64,000 nucleotides of DNA from a virus (taxonomy: Duplodnaviria; Caudoviricetes): IMG/VR virus record IMGVR_UViG_3300028886_000003, positions 81,331 through 145,330 of that record. One strand, 5' to 3'. Positions 18,019-27,097 of this stretch are shown piece by piece. Each line of letters starts with the position of its first letter. The stretch's first letter is position 1. A model generated the notes under the pieces. That model was not told the origin of the DNA and made no database searches. It saw nothing but the letters and a program-made list of their open reading frames with translations. Both the position numbers and the translations under genes were made by a program.

Positions 18019-18456
18019 CTATTTTGGCAATCTTGTTTCAAATCCTTCTTCTGAAACTGTTGTGGATTCATAACCTTTTTCAAAATGATCAATAAGATCT
18101 TCATCATCTATTCCATCAAACCATTTTTCAATTTTTTTGAACATTTTTTCAAAAAAGTTAATTAAATGTTCATCAGTATTTATATCTTTAAATGAAGACT
18201 TGTTAATTGCAGACATAAGTGTTTTTGATGTAGCATAAGGACATTCTAAGTTTAAACAGGAACTTCCATCAAAACATTCATTGTTTGAAATATGAGTACT
18301 TGTAATAACCATTGGATCAAGATTAGTCATACCTACTAAAGCTACTTTTCTTGTTTTTTTACAAACACCCCACCATATTTTTGCTTTTACTCTTCTGCCT
18401 CCAGGGGTCCTAATTTCATGACCTATCCACCAATATCCAATATTTTCTTTTTGCAT
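18019..18456 (-). CDS. hypothetical protein
   Basis: 145-aa ORF with GAGGTGG RBS. Confidence 0.55.
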   Translation of the reverse strand: MQKENIGYWWIGHEIRTPGGRRVKAKIWWGVCKKTRKVALVGMTNLDPMVITSTHISNNECFDGSSCLNLECPYATSKTLMSAINKSSFKDINTDEHLINFFEKMFKKIEKWFDGIDDEDLIDHFEKGYESTTVSEEGFETRLPK

Positions 18457-18705
18457 TTATTCCACCTCTTGGTATTTTTTACAATATTTTTCACCATAAT
18501 ATTCATTTGATTTTAAACTTAACACATAATCAATATCATCATCATTTAATCCACGATATTTTAGTAAATGCCCTACAAGTCTTTTTTTATCAGAATATAG
18601 TTCATTTAACTTTTTTGCAATTGTATCACCATCATTGATAGCTCCTACAAATTCTCCATCAAATTCAATGCAATTCTTGTCTACATTATACTTAAATCTA
18701 CTCAT
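18457..18705 (-). CDS. MTENKRF-like protein
   Basis: MSRFKY...IAKKLNELY. Confidence 0.55.
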   Translation of the reverse strand: MSRFKYNVDKNCIEFDGEFVGAINDGDTIAKKLNELYSDKKRLVGHLLKYRGLNDDDIDYVLSLKSNEYYGEKYCKKYQEVE

Positions 18706-18719
18706 TTTATTACCTCCTT

Positions 18720-19085
18720 TTATTTAAAAAAACTTTTGATCATTTCCCATGTATCATGAAAAAGTCCTTGTTTGTTTATTGCTGCATCAACTGGTAAGTA
18801 ATATTTTTTATAATCACTATTTTTTAAACAATATTTGCAGCTTTGCATCATACTTCCTGATATTCCTCTAACTTTATATCCTGCTAAAGTCCCTCTTATA
18901 TGAGTTCTTTTATGTCTTTCTCCATTATAAACGCATTCTACATTATAATCGTAATAATCACATTCTTCTTCTTCAATAATGGATTCTCGTTTGAAACAAT
19001 AAACATAGTCTTTGTTTTTATCAAGATATACGTATGCATATGTCATTTTTAGAACCTCTTTATTTCCATTGCTCCAGTTGGGCAA
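18720..19085 (-). CDS. hypothetical protein
   Basis: ORF track; likely start MTYAYV. Confidence 0.5.
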   Translation of the reverse strand: MPNWSNGNKEVLKMTYAYVYLDKNKDYVYCFKRESIIEEEECDYYDYNVECVYNGERHKRTHIRGTLAGYKVRGISGSMMQSCKYCLKNSDYKKYYLPVDAAINKQGLFHDTWEMIKSFFK

Positions 19086-19303
19086 AGATGGTTACAAGGA
19101 AATGATACTTTTTTTCCATTAATTTCTGCCTCACAATTGCGGCATATTGGATAATCATTTTCATACTCTGGGCATCCATCATATTCGTCCAATATCATAA
19201 AACCTAATGTTCTATATATTTCTTGGTTCATTTCTGTGCATAACTCAATGCATTTATAGCATTTTGTACATTTAGATGGGTTTACATAATGATATGTGTC
19301 CAT
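19049..19303 (-). CDS. 4Fe-4S ferredoxin-like protein
   Basis: CxxCxxCxxxC (CTKCYKCIELC) and CRNC...CNHLCPTGAM second cluster motif. Confidence 0.75.
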   Translation of the reverse strand: MDTYHYVNPSKCTKCYKCIELCTEMNQEIYRTLGFMILDEYDGCPEYENDYPICRNCEAEINGKKVSFPCNHLCPTGAMEIKRF

Positions 19304-19790
19304 TTAAATCACCTTTATCACTAAAATCCCCATAATTAACATAATACATAATACAAGTATTCCTATGCTAATTAAAGGAATTAAATTAAATATTTCTTTA
19401 TCAATTTGTTTCTTATATCCATCATATTCTACATACTCTTCGTAACTAACATGATGTGGTATGTAACCATATTTTTCATTAAAATATAATTGTGCATCCA
19501 TATCACCATCTAGACGAACACTCATATTTAATCACCTTTTTCATTTAATTCGTTTAATAAAGCAGTTAAAGGTTCTAATTCATAAATACCATATGATATT
19601 CCCTCTAAATCCTCAATTCTTGCTTCTTCTAAGCAATCTCCCATATGAAAAACAAATCTTTTTGTCATTTTATCACCTCTAAATCATTCCTATGAGTTTT
19701 AAAATAATAATAACTATTCCTACATTTATCATTATAACAAGTTCAACCATAACAATATCAATTATCCAATTAAATACTTTATCGCTCATT

Positions 19791-20150
19791 TTATCTCCAT
19801 CTATTTCTTCTACTGAAATTACTTACTATTTCAGAGAATATACCTTCTTCTAAGTCTTCATCTACTTCTTTCATTAATTGAGGACTTAATTGACCAAATG
19901 CTTCTGCCAAGAAGTTATATTGAGCATCTACCATTGAATATTCATCATGTAATTTTTCATATTCATGCCACCATTTATTCGCTAATGCCCTAGTTCGCTC
20001 TAATTCTTTTTTTAATTCTACATTTTTTACTTCAAGATCTTTATTGACTTTTTCAAGTGCAATATTAGTATCTTTTTGTTGTTTTATTTCTCTATTTAAT
20101 TCATTATTTTCAGTTACTATCTCTTTTACATATTCCAAACATTCTTTCAT
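19791..20150 (-). CDS. coiled-coil protein
   Basis: Heptad repeats, GGAGGT RBS. Confidence 0.55.
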   Translation of the reverse strand: MKECLEYVKEIVTENNELNREIKQQKDTNIALEKVNKDLEVKNVELKKELERTRALANKWWHEYEKLHDEYSMVDAQYNFLAEAFGQLSPQLMKEVDEDLEEGIFSEIVSNFSRRNRWR

Positions 20151-20162
20151 TTTTTATACCTC

Positions 20163-20426
20163 CTACCATAATGGACTAAGTAAAATATTTAAATCATCAC
20201 CATCAAGACTGTTCAATGGCTCTAAGTAAATACCTTTGTCAGCTAATATTGATTCGAAGTTATCAGATGCTTCGGCTAATAAATCAATTATACGTATTTC
20301 GCCCCAAAATGCAGCTTCTTGTCCAAGAGCATGGGTCCAACATGCATGATGTTTTTCCGCTAATTCTGATAATGTACAATATTCATCATCTTCTCCTTCT
20401 TTTGTTACTTTGTATATTAATGGCAT
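20163..20426 (-). CDS. hypothetical protein
   Basis: GGAGGT RBS. Confidence 0.55.
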   Translation of the reverse strand: MPLIYKVTKEGEDDEYCTLSELAEKHHACWTHALGQEAAFWGEIRIIDLLAEASDNFESILADKGIYLEPLNSLDGDDLNILLSPLW

Positions 20427-20431
20427 ATTTT

Positions 20432-20902
20432 TTACCTCCAGTGATATTTCATGTCGTCAAGTATTTCTTTTATAAAGTCGAAACTTAATTGTGCTTCTTC
20501 CGGCCACCAAGGATCTACATCTCTTTGTGATTCATAATTATTAGCAACTCTGTAGCATTCGTAACATTGATTTTGGTCAATATCGTATAATACTGGGGTT
20601 GCCCAGTTACTTGTTATTGCGTAACCGAATTTGGATTCTTCTAATGGTTCTGTTGGTTGTCCATCTTTTAATCCTATTGCACTGGTTTCACTCCAGTCGC
20701 CTTTGAGGCCGAAAGCTGCATTTTGAATGTCATGTGCGTGTATTAGCATTATTGCTCTTGCCCAATCAAATGTTAAAAAGGGTTTATTTTTTTTATATGC
20801 TCTTTTTGCTTTGTCTATTTTTTTTAATAAATCCTTTGCTTCTTCATCTGTTAAATCTTCAACAGTTATCTTTTTTATTGTATCTATATCCACGTATATC
20901 AC
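20432..20902 (-). CDS. hypothetical phage protein
   Basis: FDW.RA...AFGL.GDW..T...SNWATP motifs. Confidence 0.6.
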   Translation of the reverse strand: MIYVDIDTIKKITVEDLTDEEAKDLLKKIDKAKRAYKKNKPFLTFDWARAIMLIHAHDIQNAAFGLKGDWSETSAIGLKDGQPTEPLEESKFGYAITSNWATPVLYDIDQNQCYECYRVANNYESQRDVDPWWPEEAQLSFDFIKEILDDMKYHWR

Positions 20903-21195
20903 CTTATTTGATTTTTTAAGTATTCTACAAATTCTCTTAATAGTAATCTTTCGCCATATGAATGATCTTTTTTGGCGGCGTAATTATAGAATTGTAATTC
21001 GATTATTTCTAACATTTTGTCTTTGTCTGTTAGTGTTTCTTTTACATATTTGTTTTCTTTAGTTAGCATTTTTACCTCTTTGTCTAAGGTATTTGCGATG
21101 TCTATGAATTGATCTAAAGAAAGTTCGTATCTCATTTTTGAGTCATATATTTTGTCTTTTTTGAACATTTTTGGCCTACAAGTAAATCTTTTCAT
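20899..21195 (-). CDS. MTENKRF-like protein
   Basis: MKRF...IYD...IANTL...KENK. Confidence 0.55.
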   Translation of the reverse strand: MKRFTCRPKMFKKDKIYDSKMRYELSLDQFIDIANTLDKEVKMLTKENKYVKETLTDKDKMLEIIELQFYNYAAKKDHSYGERLLLREFVEYLKNQIR

Positions 21196-21387
21196 TTTAA
21201 ATCCTCTATTGTCATGTTAAACATTACTTTTGCATTACCGCGTAAGTTTTTACGTATATAGTCAAGATCTGATTGAGGTAAATGCCTTAGTAATTTTTTA
21301 TGTTTTTCAAATGATCCATCTTGTAAGTCTAAAACTATGTCTTTTAATGCTGCCATATTTTATCACGCTCCTTTAATATAGTATTGT

Positions 21388-21412
21388 TTAAACTCATATA
21401 TAAATGTTTCTA
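21388..21412 (-). promoter_or_regulatory. viral promoter (25-bp exact repeat with 10415-10439)
   Basis: Identical TAGAAACATTTATATATGAGTTTAA. Confidence 0.65.
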
Positions 21413-21435
21413 AAAAAAAATATGTTAAGAGAAAG

Positions 21436-23247
21436 CTATTCTTTCTCTTTTTTAATTAACCCCATAATAAAGTATTTGTTGTTACCATTTGCTGTAGGCA
21501 TATATTCTCTATGCACTTGGTAATATCCTTCTGCATTATTGCTGTGGTTGTATGAACCATCTTTTAAATCAAAGGCATCCATAATAAGTCTTTTGACTTT
21601 GTTACGATCTTTAATTTTTGCTTCAGGTTGTTTATGGTAAATTGCTTCTCTTACATCTTGTGCGGTAACTAATTTTTCGTATTCGCCATCGTCAAGTAAG
21701 GTATTCCAGTCATAGTAATCATATCTGAATGTATCTTCAATAATATATCTTTCAGGATTGTTATATTTGTTAATGAAGTGAGTGAATTCATCATTAGTTT
21801 TTTCTGCAGATAATCTTGTACCTTTAGGGCCGTGTCTAATTTTCATGTAGGCATCAATACTGTTGGTGAGTAACCAGTTCATTGATTCTTCACTACATAC
21901 AATATTTGGAAGTATTTGAGGATCACGTTTTGAAGGGTCACTTATACCGAAATTGAATTCAATAAAGCATTTCATTCTTTCCATTAGTGCACTGTCTATG
22001 TGTTCACCAATACCTGCTAGATCATTAGTAGTTACTAATGTTTTTGGTAATTCCCAGTCTTCATAATGTTTGGATTGTTCATATATTCTTGCTATATTCA
22101 TTCCGCCTTGACCGGTGTAGTTTTTGATTTCAGGAACATTTTTGATTCCATTGTATTCGTCTACGATGTTGATGTTTGCATCGATTAATGGTTGTATGTA
22201 TTTGGAATCAAAGTCTGAGTTGAATATGTCTACATTACATTTATTTTTGTCAAGTAATTCGCCAAGTAATGATGCACATACTCCTTTTCCACTTCTTGAT
22301 GCACCAATAAAGAAGATTATTAATTGGTATGGGTTACCATCGTCTAAATAGTATCCAAAGATTTCAAGTAATTGTTTTATTTTATTCTCTGGGTCATCTC
22401 TGAATATTTCATATAAGAATTTGCGTAATGGCTCAGGTGGTTCAGTACCAATTAAAGACTTCTCATATGTATATGGTGTCTTTTTGTTGATAATTATTTC
22501 TTTGTCTGAGCTGGTATGAAACTTGTTAGTTGAGAAATCAAAGTATCCATTTTTTGTTACTATTTTATTGTATGATGGATTTACTGTTCGGTTAAAGTAG
22601 GTTAGAACTATGTCTAATGTTTGAGCACTTACTTTATTAACTTCGCATACATCATATACAAATTGTAACATCTCATCTTTGTCTATTGTTCTACATATGT
22701 TGGTGGCTAAAGGCATAACATATCTATTGTAAGTTTTCTTTAAACCGGCCTTTAAGAAAAGATCAACCATTGCTTGGATTAGGTCATTGTTAGTTCTGGA
22801 AACTTTTTCTGTGTCAATTAAGTATTTAATATGGTCTGGTATAGAATACTCATTACTTTTTTGAAGATTACTGATGTATTTCTTAAAATTGGAGAATATT
22901 TTCTTCTCGTTATGACCTGAATCATTTAATTGTTGAAATGTGTCACGTGCATCTTTATTTTTGAGTTTTAGATTTTTATTTAACTCAACATATTCACCTT
23001 TAATCTTAAGCTCGTTATATTTGGGATCGTACACCATATTAAGAAAATCAAAATGATACCCATCTTCATATTCAACTACGTGCATATCCATAAAGTTAGG
23101 TAATAGTTGCTTTTCAACAACTTCCTTACTGTACTTCCAATTAACGTTCTCTTCTACTTCATAGAGTCCTTGCTCTTTTTCTCTCATTGCTTTGTACTTT
23201 TCAAATTTATCCATAAAATCATTGGAATCTTCATTTTCAAAATCCAT
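21436..23247 (-). CDS. SF3 (D5/P4-alpha-type) replicative helicase
   Basis: D5_N-like KNGYFD...F region; Walker A GASRSGKG, Walker B INIVDE, motif C LVTTN, arginine finger ALMER. Confidence 0.85.
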   Translation of the reverse strand: MDFENEDSNDFMDKFEKYKAMREKEQGLYEVEENVNWKYSKEVVEKQLLPNFMDMHVVEYEDGYHFDFLNMVYDPKYNELKIKGEYVELNKNLKLKNKDARDTFQQLNDSGHNEKKIFSNFKKYISNLQKSNEYSIPDHIKYLIDTEKVSRTNNDLIQAMVDLFLKAGLKKTYNRYVMPLATNICRTIDKDEMLQFVYDVCEVNKVSAQTLDIVLTYFNRTVNPSYNKIVTKNGYFDFSTNKFHTSSDKEIIINKKTPYTYEKSLIGTEPPEPLRKFLYEIFRDDPENKIKQLLEIFGYYLDDGNPYQLIIFFIGASRSGKGVCASLLGELLDKNKCNVDIFNSDFDSKYIQPLIDANINIVDEYNGIKNVPEIKNYTGQGGMNIARIYEQSKHYEDWELPKTLVTTNDLAGIGEHIDSALMERMKCFIEFNFGISDPSKRDPQILPNIVCSEESMNWLLTNSIDAYMKIRHGPKGTRLSAEKTNDEFTHFINKYNNPERYIIEDTFRYDYYDWNTLLDDGEYEKLVTAQDVREAIYHKQPEAKIKDRNKVKRLIMDAFDLKDGSYNHSNNAEGYYQVHREYMPTANGNNKYFIMGLIKKEKE

Positions 23248-23255
23248 GTTATCAC

Positions 23256-23444
23256 CTAAATGTTATTTGTTTTATTTTCAAGATTTATTCCTTCTTGATT
23301 AATGTTTTGTTTGTAGAAATTCATTAATGCTAGTCTAAAAATTGCTGCTTTTGACAAAGAAGTCATATCTTGCAATTCTTCTAGCATTTGCTCTGTTTTC
23401 TTGTCCATCCATATTGATAGACGAATATCTTTTTTCGATGTCAT
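23256..23444 (-). CDS. ribbon-helix-helix (CopG-like) regulator
   Basis: RLSIWMD...LEEL...SKAAIFRLAL. Confidence 0.75.
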   Translation of the reverse strand: MTSKKDIRLSIWMDKKTEQMLEELQDMTSLSKAAIFRLALMNFYKQNINQEGINLENKTNNI

Positions 23445-23598
23445 AGTAGTCTTTTATGTACCGAAGTAGTATATAAACCTATCTGTCCTCAACGTACAAA
23501 AAAGTACATTATTATTGAGTTGCACATTATTGCATTGAATACCGCGAACAATCAAACATATATATATAGTTTTTTCTGAATAATGTATACATTGTAAT

Positions 23599-23749
23599 GG
23601 GGGGGTATGGCAACCCCAGTTTCCTATATATATATCTATTTTTTTTTTATTCTATTGTTTATATCTTTTATTATAGATGGCCTTTTTTATATAGAGTAAA
23701 AAAAAAAAAAGGGTTAGGGGGGGGGAAACAAGGGTTGTATAACACCCCC
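23599..23749. other. ~150-bp imperfect palindrome, replication-origin candidate
   Basis: GGGGT..GCAACCC..GTTTCC..T-run-ATTCTAT mirrored by ATAGAGT-A-run..GGAAAC..GGGTTGT..ACCCC, in a divergent intergenic region upstream of the RHH and helicase genes. Confidence 0.5.
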
Positions 23750-23984
23750 TTCTTAAAGTTAGAAATATGTTACATTTGTGAAAGTGTGTTTTTGGGCTTT
23801 GATTGACGGGAAGGTTGGAAAAAAATATCATTTTAATTGATTTTACGATTGATAATTTTAATACTTTTTCATTTAAACCTTACTTTAATTAATGAGCTTT
23901 TTGATTATTCAAGGTATTGTTTATGAAAATGTATGTTTTTTGTATGTTGATATATATTGAATTGTTTTTGGGTGTAAAATATGT

Positions 23985-24974
23985 TTGGTTTTGGGGTGGT
24001 TGATAGTAAAGTTTATATATGATGTTTTTAATAGTTATATGTATCAATTTGTGGAGATGATATGTTTGAGTTTAAAGTGGAAGAGTACTGAGATTGGTGA
24101 TCATAGTTTGATGAGTATTAGTTTTAATGATGCTGAGGTTGATATTGCTATCACTAATAATGAGGCTAAGAAGTTGCAGGCGATTTTGAATGATATTAAG
24201 CATGATTATCGTTCTAATGTTGGTGTGGGTAAAGATTTGGAGTCTGAGGTTAGTGATAATGTTATTGGGCCTAAGGTTAAGGAAACGCTTAGGTTGTGGC
24301 GTGATCAGTTAAATTCTTTTTTAGATGATAATGAGCCTGTTTATTATTCTACTGATGGTGATTCTAGTTGTTTTTATGTTGATTATCAGAATAATGATGA
24401 GGATGTTCTTGATCTTTTGGCGGCTTATAATTTGTTGGGTTGTACTCTTAATGAAACTGAATCTCGGTTAGGGAACATGAATATTGAGTATATTTTGAAG
24501 AGGAATGATATTAGTTGGAGTAGTTTGCCTGTTGAGCGTTTTGATAAGCGTTTTGGTATTGAGAGTGAGATCATTGGTAGGGTAAGTGTGGATGCTAAGT
24601 ATGTTGCTGGTGTTAGTAGTGGTCGTGTTATTAATGATGTTGCTAATGATGTGGATTTACCTGTGTATATAGTTTGGGCGTGTTGTGTTGCAAGAGGTAT
24701 TAGTTTTGATATACATAATTGTATGACTGATAGTATTGAACATATTTATGTGAGGGTTGGGCCTAGTAAGATTTTTGATAGTAATGATGATTTTAGTATT
24801 CATTATAAGGATGCTTATAACAAGCTTGATAGTCTTGGTGGTATTAAGTTCTTGAAAGAGTGTAAGAGTAATGGTATGTTTCAGCGTGAAATAGCTAATA
24901 AGTATGGTATTAGTATTAGTCATTTGCGTAGGTATATTGTTAATATTCATAAAGAGGATTGGGGTGAGTGGTAA
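23985..24974 (+). CDS. hypothetical protein with C-terminal HTH
   Basis: GMFQREIANKYGISISHLRRYI; true start probably ~24057-24066, downstream of the TATA at 24007-24020. Confidence 0.65.
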   Translation: MVLGWLIVKFIYDVFNSYMYQFVEMICLSLKWKSTEIGDHSLMSISFNDAEVDIAITNNEAKKLQAILNDIKHDYRSNVGVGKDLESEVSDNVIGPKVKETLRLWRDQLNSFLDDNEPVYYSTDGDSSCFYVDYQNNDEDVLDLLAAYNLLGCTLNETESRLGNMNIEYILKRNDISWSSLPVERFDKRFGIESEIIGRVSVDAKYVAGVSSGRVINDVANDVDLPVYIVWACCVARGISFDIHNCMTDSIEHIYVRVGPSKIFDSNDDFSIHYKDAYNKLDSLGGIKFLKECKSNGMFQREIANKYGISISHLRRYIVNIHKEDWGEW

Positions 24975-25309
24975 TGGTTTTGCTTAAGGAGTTGTTTAAT
25001 GAGGCGTATACTAAGTATGGGTATAATAGTAATTGTAAGAAGAAGTCGCGTGTTATGGTGAAGTCATCTGAGTCTGGGTTCTTTAATATTAGTGTTGTTG
25101 AACGATATGATGCTAAGAAGGGTTATGTTTTTAGATATTCCTGGGTGGATGAAAATAATGAGCGACATCGTTCGGAATCTATTGATCTTTATAGATTACG
25201 TAAGAAAGTGTTGACTAATGGTTGGGATTGGGGTATTTATAATATACCTTTGGCTCATCAGTTATTGATGCGTTTTAATGTTCCTTATAATGTGTCTTGT
25301 TTAAAATAA
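24968..25309 (+). CDS. putative DNA-binding protein (AP2-like domain)
   Basis: SGFFNIS...KGYVFRYSW...SIDL..LRKKV...G.DW pattern. Confidence 0.5.
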   Translation: MVMVLLKELFNEAYTKYGYNSNCKKKSRVMVKSSESGFFNISVVERYDAKKGYVFRYSWVDENNERHRSESIDLYRLRKKVLTNGWDWGIYNIPLAHQLLMRFNVPYNVSCLK

Positions 25310-25630
25310 TTTTTCTTCTTTTTTTTATTGTTTTATTAGTGCTGGTTGCTTGGATATATTAAAGAAAGTTTTTTTGTTGTTTTTTGAGTTTTGATTGTGT
25401 TTTTTCGATATTAATTATGATTGTTTTTTTACTTGTTCTATGTATTGTACTGCTTCATATGATATGTATAGTATATTATATTTTTTTGTTTAATGTTCTG
25501 TGATTGGAGGCTATTTATTTGCTTGTTTTAGCTTGTGTGGCAGGATTTTTTTGTAATATTTTTTTGGCATCCCTTTATTTTTATGTCAAATATAATTTGT
25601 TTTCTCCTGGGGGAGGGGCGTTTTTTTTAG

Positions 25631-26178
25631 AAAGGTTTATATAGTAGTTTTGACAGATATTTAATTGCAAGTGTGTATGGTTGGCAAAAAAGATTTTATA
25701 CGAATGATTAAATTTATGGAGGAGATTTTTTTTCTTCTACGTGCTTTGGTTATTTATTTTTTTCTTTTTTTATTTTTTTTTTGGAAACATAAGTAACATA
25801 AATTTTTTTTATGTTTTTTATGGTAAAGTTTATATAGTAGTTTTGACAAATATATATTTGCTAATAAACTTAGTGGTTGTTTGATAATTAATTTTATCAA
25901 TTAACTATTTTTTTCTTTTTTTTTAGTAAAGTTTATATACTAGTTTTGATATATAATTAATTGTAATTTATTAGGTAGATTTTATACGAACGAAAAAAAA
26001 TGGAGGAGATTATTGTCTGATTAGTTTTCATTTTAAGAGTTCATTGGGAAGAATATTGTTTTTATTTGCATTTTTACATTCTCAGTATAGGTCTTATCTT
26101 GTTTGTTCCTAATGAACTCTATAACACCTTTTTTTAATAGAAAACTTTATATACTATTTTTAACAGATATATTAATTG
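25631..26178 (+). promoter_or_regulatory. four tandem homologous archaeal promoters (25631, 25824, 25927, 26141) without downstream ORFs
   Basis: Consensus AAAGTTTATATAsTAgTTTTgAcAgATATwTwATTG repeated four times, each unit ending in a T-tract. Confidence 0.7.
26036..26120 (+). ncRNA. putative sRNA hairpin A
   Basis: AGAGTTCATTGGGAA/TTCCTAATGAACTCT 15-bp stem enclosing a ~55-nt U-rich loop. Confidence 0.5.
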
Positions 26179-26220
26179 GAGAAGATCAAAATATCTGTAT
26201 TTTCTTCGAAATTCATTTTA

Positions 26221-26300
26221 AGGAATTCATTAGGAATATATTATTAATTTCGTTTCCTTTCAGTGTATTTTCTAATTTTACTTGTGCCTAATGAATTCCT
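26221..26300 (+). ncRNA. putative sRNA hairpin B (homologue of A)
   Basis: AGGAATTCATTAGG/CCTAATGAATTCCT 14-bp stem, ~52-nt loop; stems covary with hairpin A. Confidence 0.5.
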
Positions 26301-26941
26301 CCTCCTATTTATTTTTATAATGGAAAAAAACTTAACTATATATATAACGTCCAACAGACTATTTTTTGTGCATACTTAACTACTGTATGCATACATGGTA
26401 TTATGCCCCTTTTGATATTCTACTATTCGAAATAGCATATTACATAAAAAAATGTCACCTCCTATAAAACGTTTTAGCTGGGTAATTAATTTTTTACCTG
26501 GCTAAAATCAACTCCTTGCGGGGTCGATGTGAAATCACTACTTGTTCACTGTTTTTACTTTAATATTGAACATTTGTTTAATCAGTCTTATTTTTGCTAA
26601 ACACCATTTTTTGGTATATACAAGCATCTAGATGTGCCACGAAAGACATTTTGAGTTTGAGAACAAGATCAAATAAAACACACATATTCACCAAATACTC
26701 AATAACTATAACCCACCAATTAACCAAATAAAACGAAAGTACCCAAATAATTGAAGCTATTTTTTAGATCAAGATGAAAATCACACTAAAAAACACTGAA
26801 AAATGTGTTGAACAGTGCCCGTATATTAAAAATATCAGGTCAATTCGATAAAAAATATTTAGGCGCACCTAAAAAAACAGATGGAAACAAAAACCAGACC
26901 CTTGCGCGTATAAAAATATTAGAAAATAAAAAAACAAAAAT

Positions 26942-27091
26942 ATGAAAATCAACAACAAAACCATACTAATACTTGGACTAATAATGATCGCAATACTAAG
27001 TATGATATTTTACCATAAAGATGTAGCACTTGCAATAAGTAGTGGTCTAGTAGGTTACTTAAGTAAAGATAACCAACATAGTAAAACATAA
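26942..27091 (+). CDS. 49-aa small membrane protein
   Basis: Manual: MKINNKTILILGLIMIAILSMIFYHKDVALAISSGLVGYLSKDNQHSKT. Confidence 0.55.
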   Translation: MKINNKTILILGLIMIAILSMIFYHKDVALAISSGLVGYLSKDNQHSKT

Positions 27092-27097
27092 TAACGT

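Larger units (their letters stand above)
10924..19668 (-). repeat. tandem array of ~30 short, translationally coupled genes, many paralogous (MTENKRF family), with a conserved junction sequence
   Basis: Recurrent junction GGAG-N-GAATGACTGAAAATAAACGATTT (ATGA stop/start overlap) and shared 'vvdlLNel.eENeqLK' and Cys4 modules. Confidence 0.75.

Noticed and set aside
2958-22351. Many plus-strand ORFs antisense to the minus-strand operons (e.g. 2958, 3272, 6883, 13989, 15122, 20727, 22124)
   Set aside because: Shadow frames with no RBS and composition that mirrors the real genes.
23597-23806. 69-aa ORF over the palindrome
   Set aside because: Translation of homopolymer runs; better explained as a cis element.
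25691-25990. TATACGAA resembling a loxP arm
   Set aside because: Only 8 nt, direct rather than inverted copies, and no recombinase in the window.
26103-26291. 62-aa ORF across hairpins A and B
   Set aside because: TTG start without RBS; it spans a terminator and a promoter.
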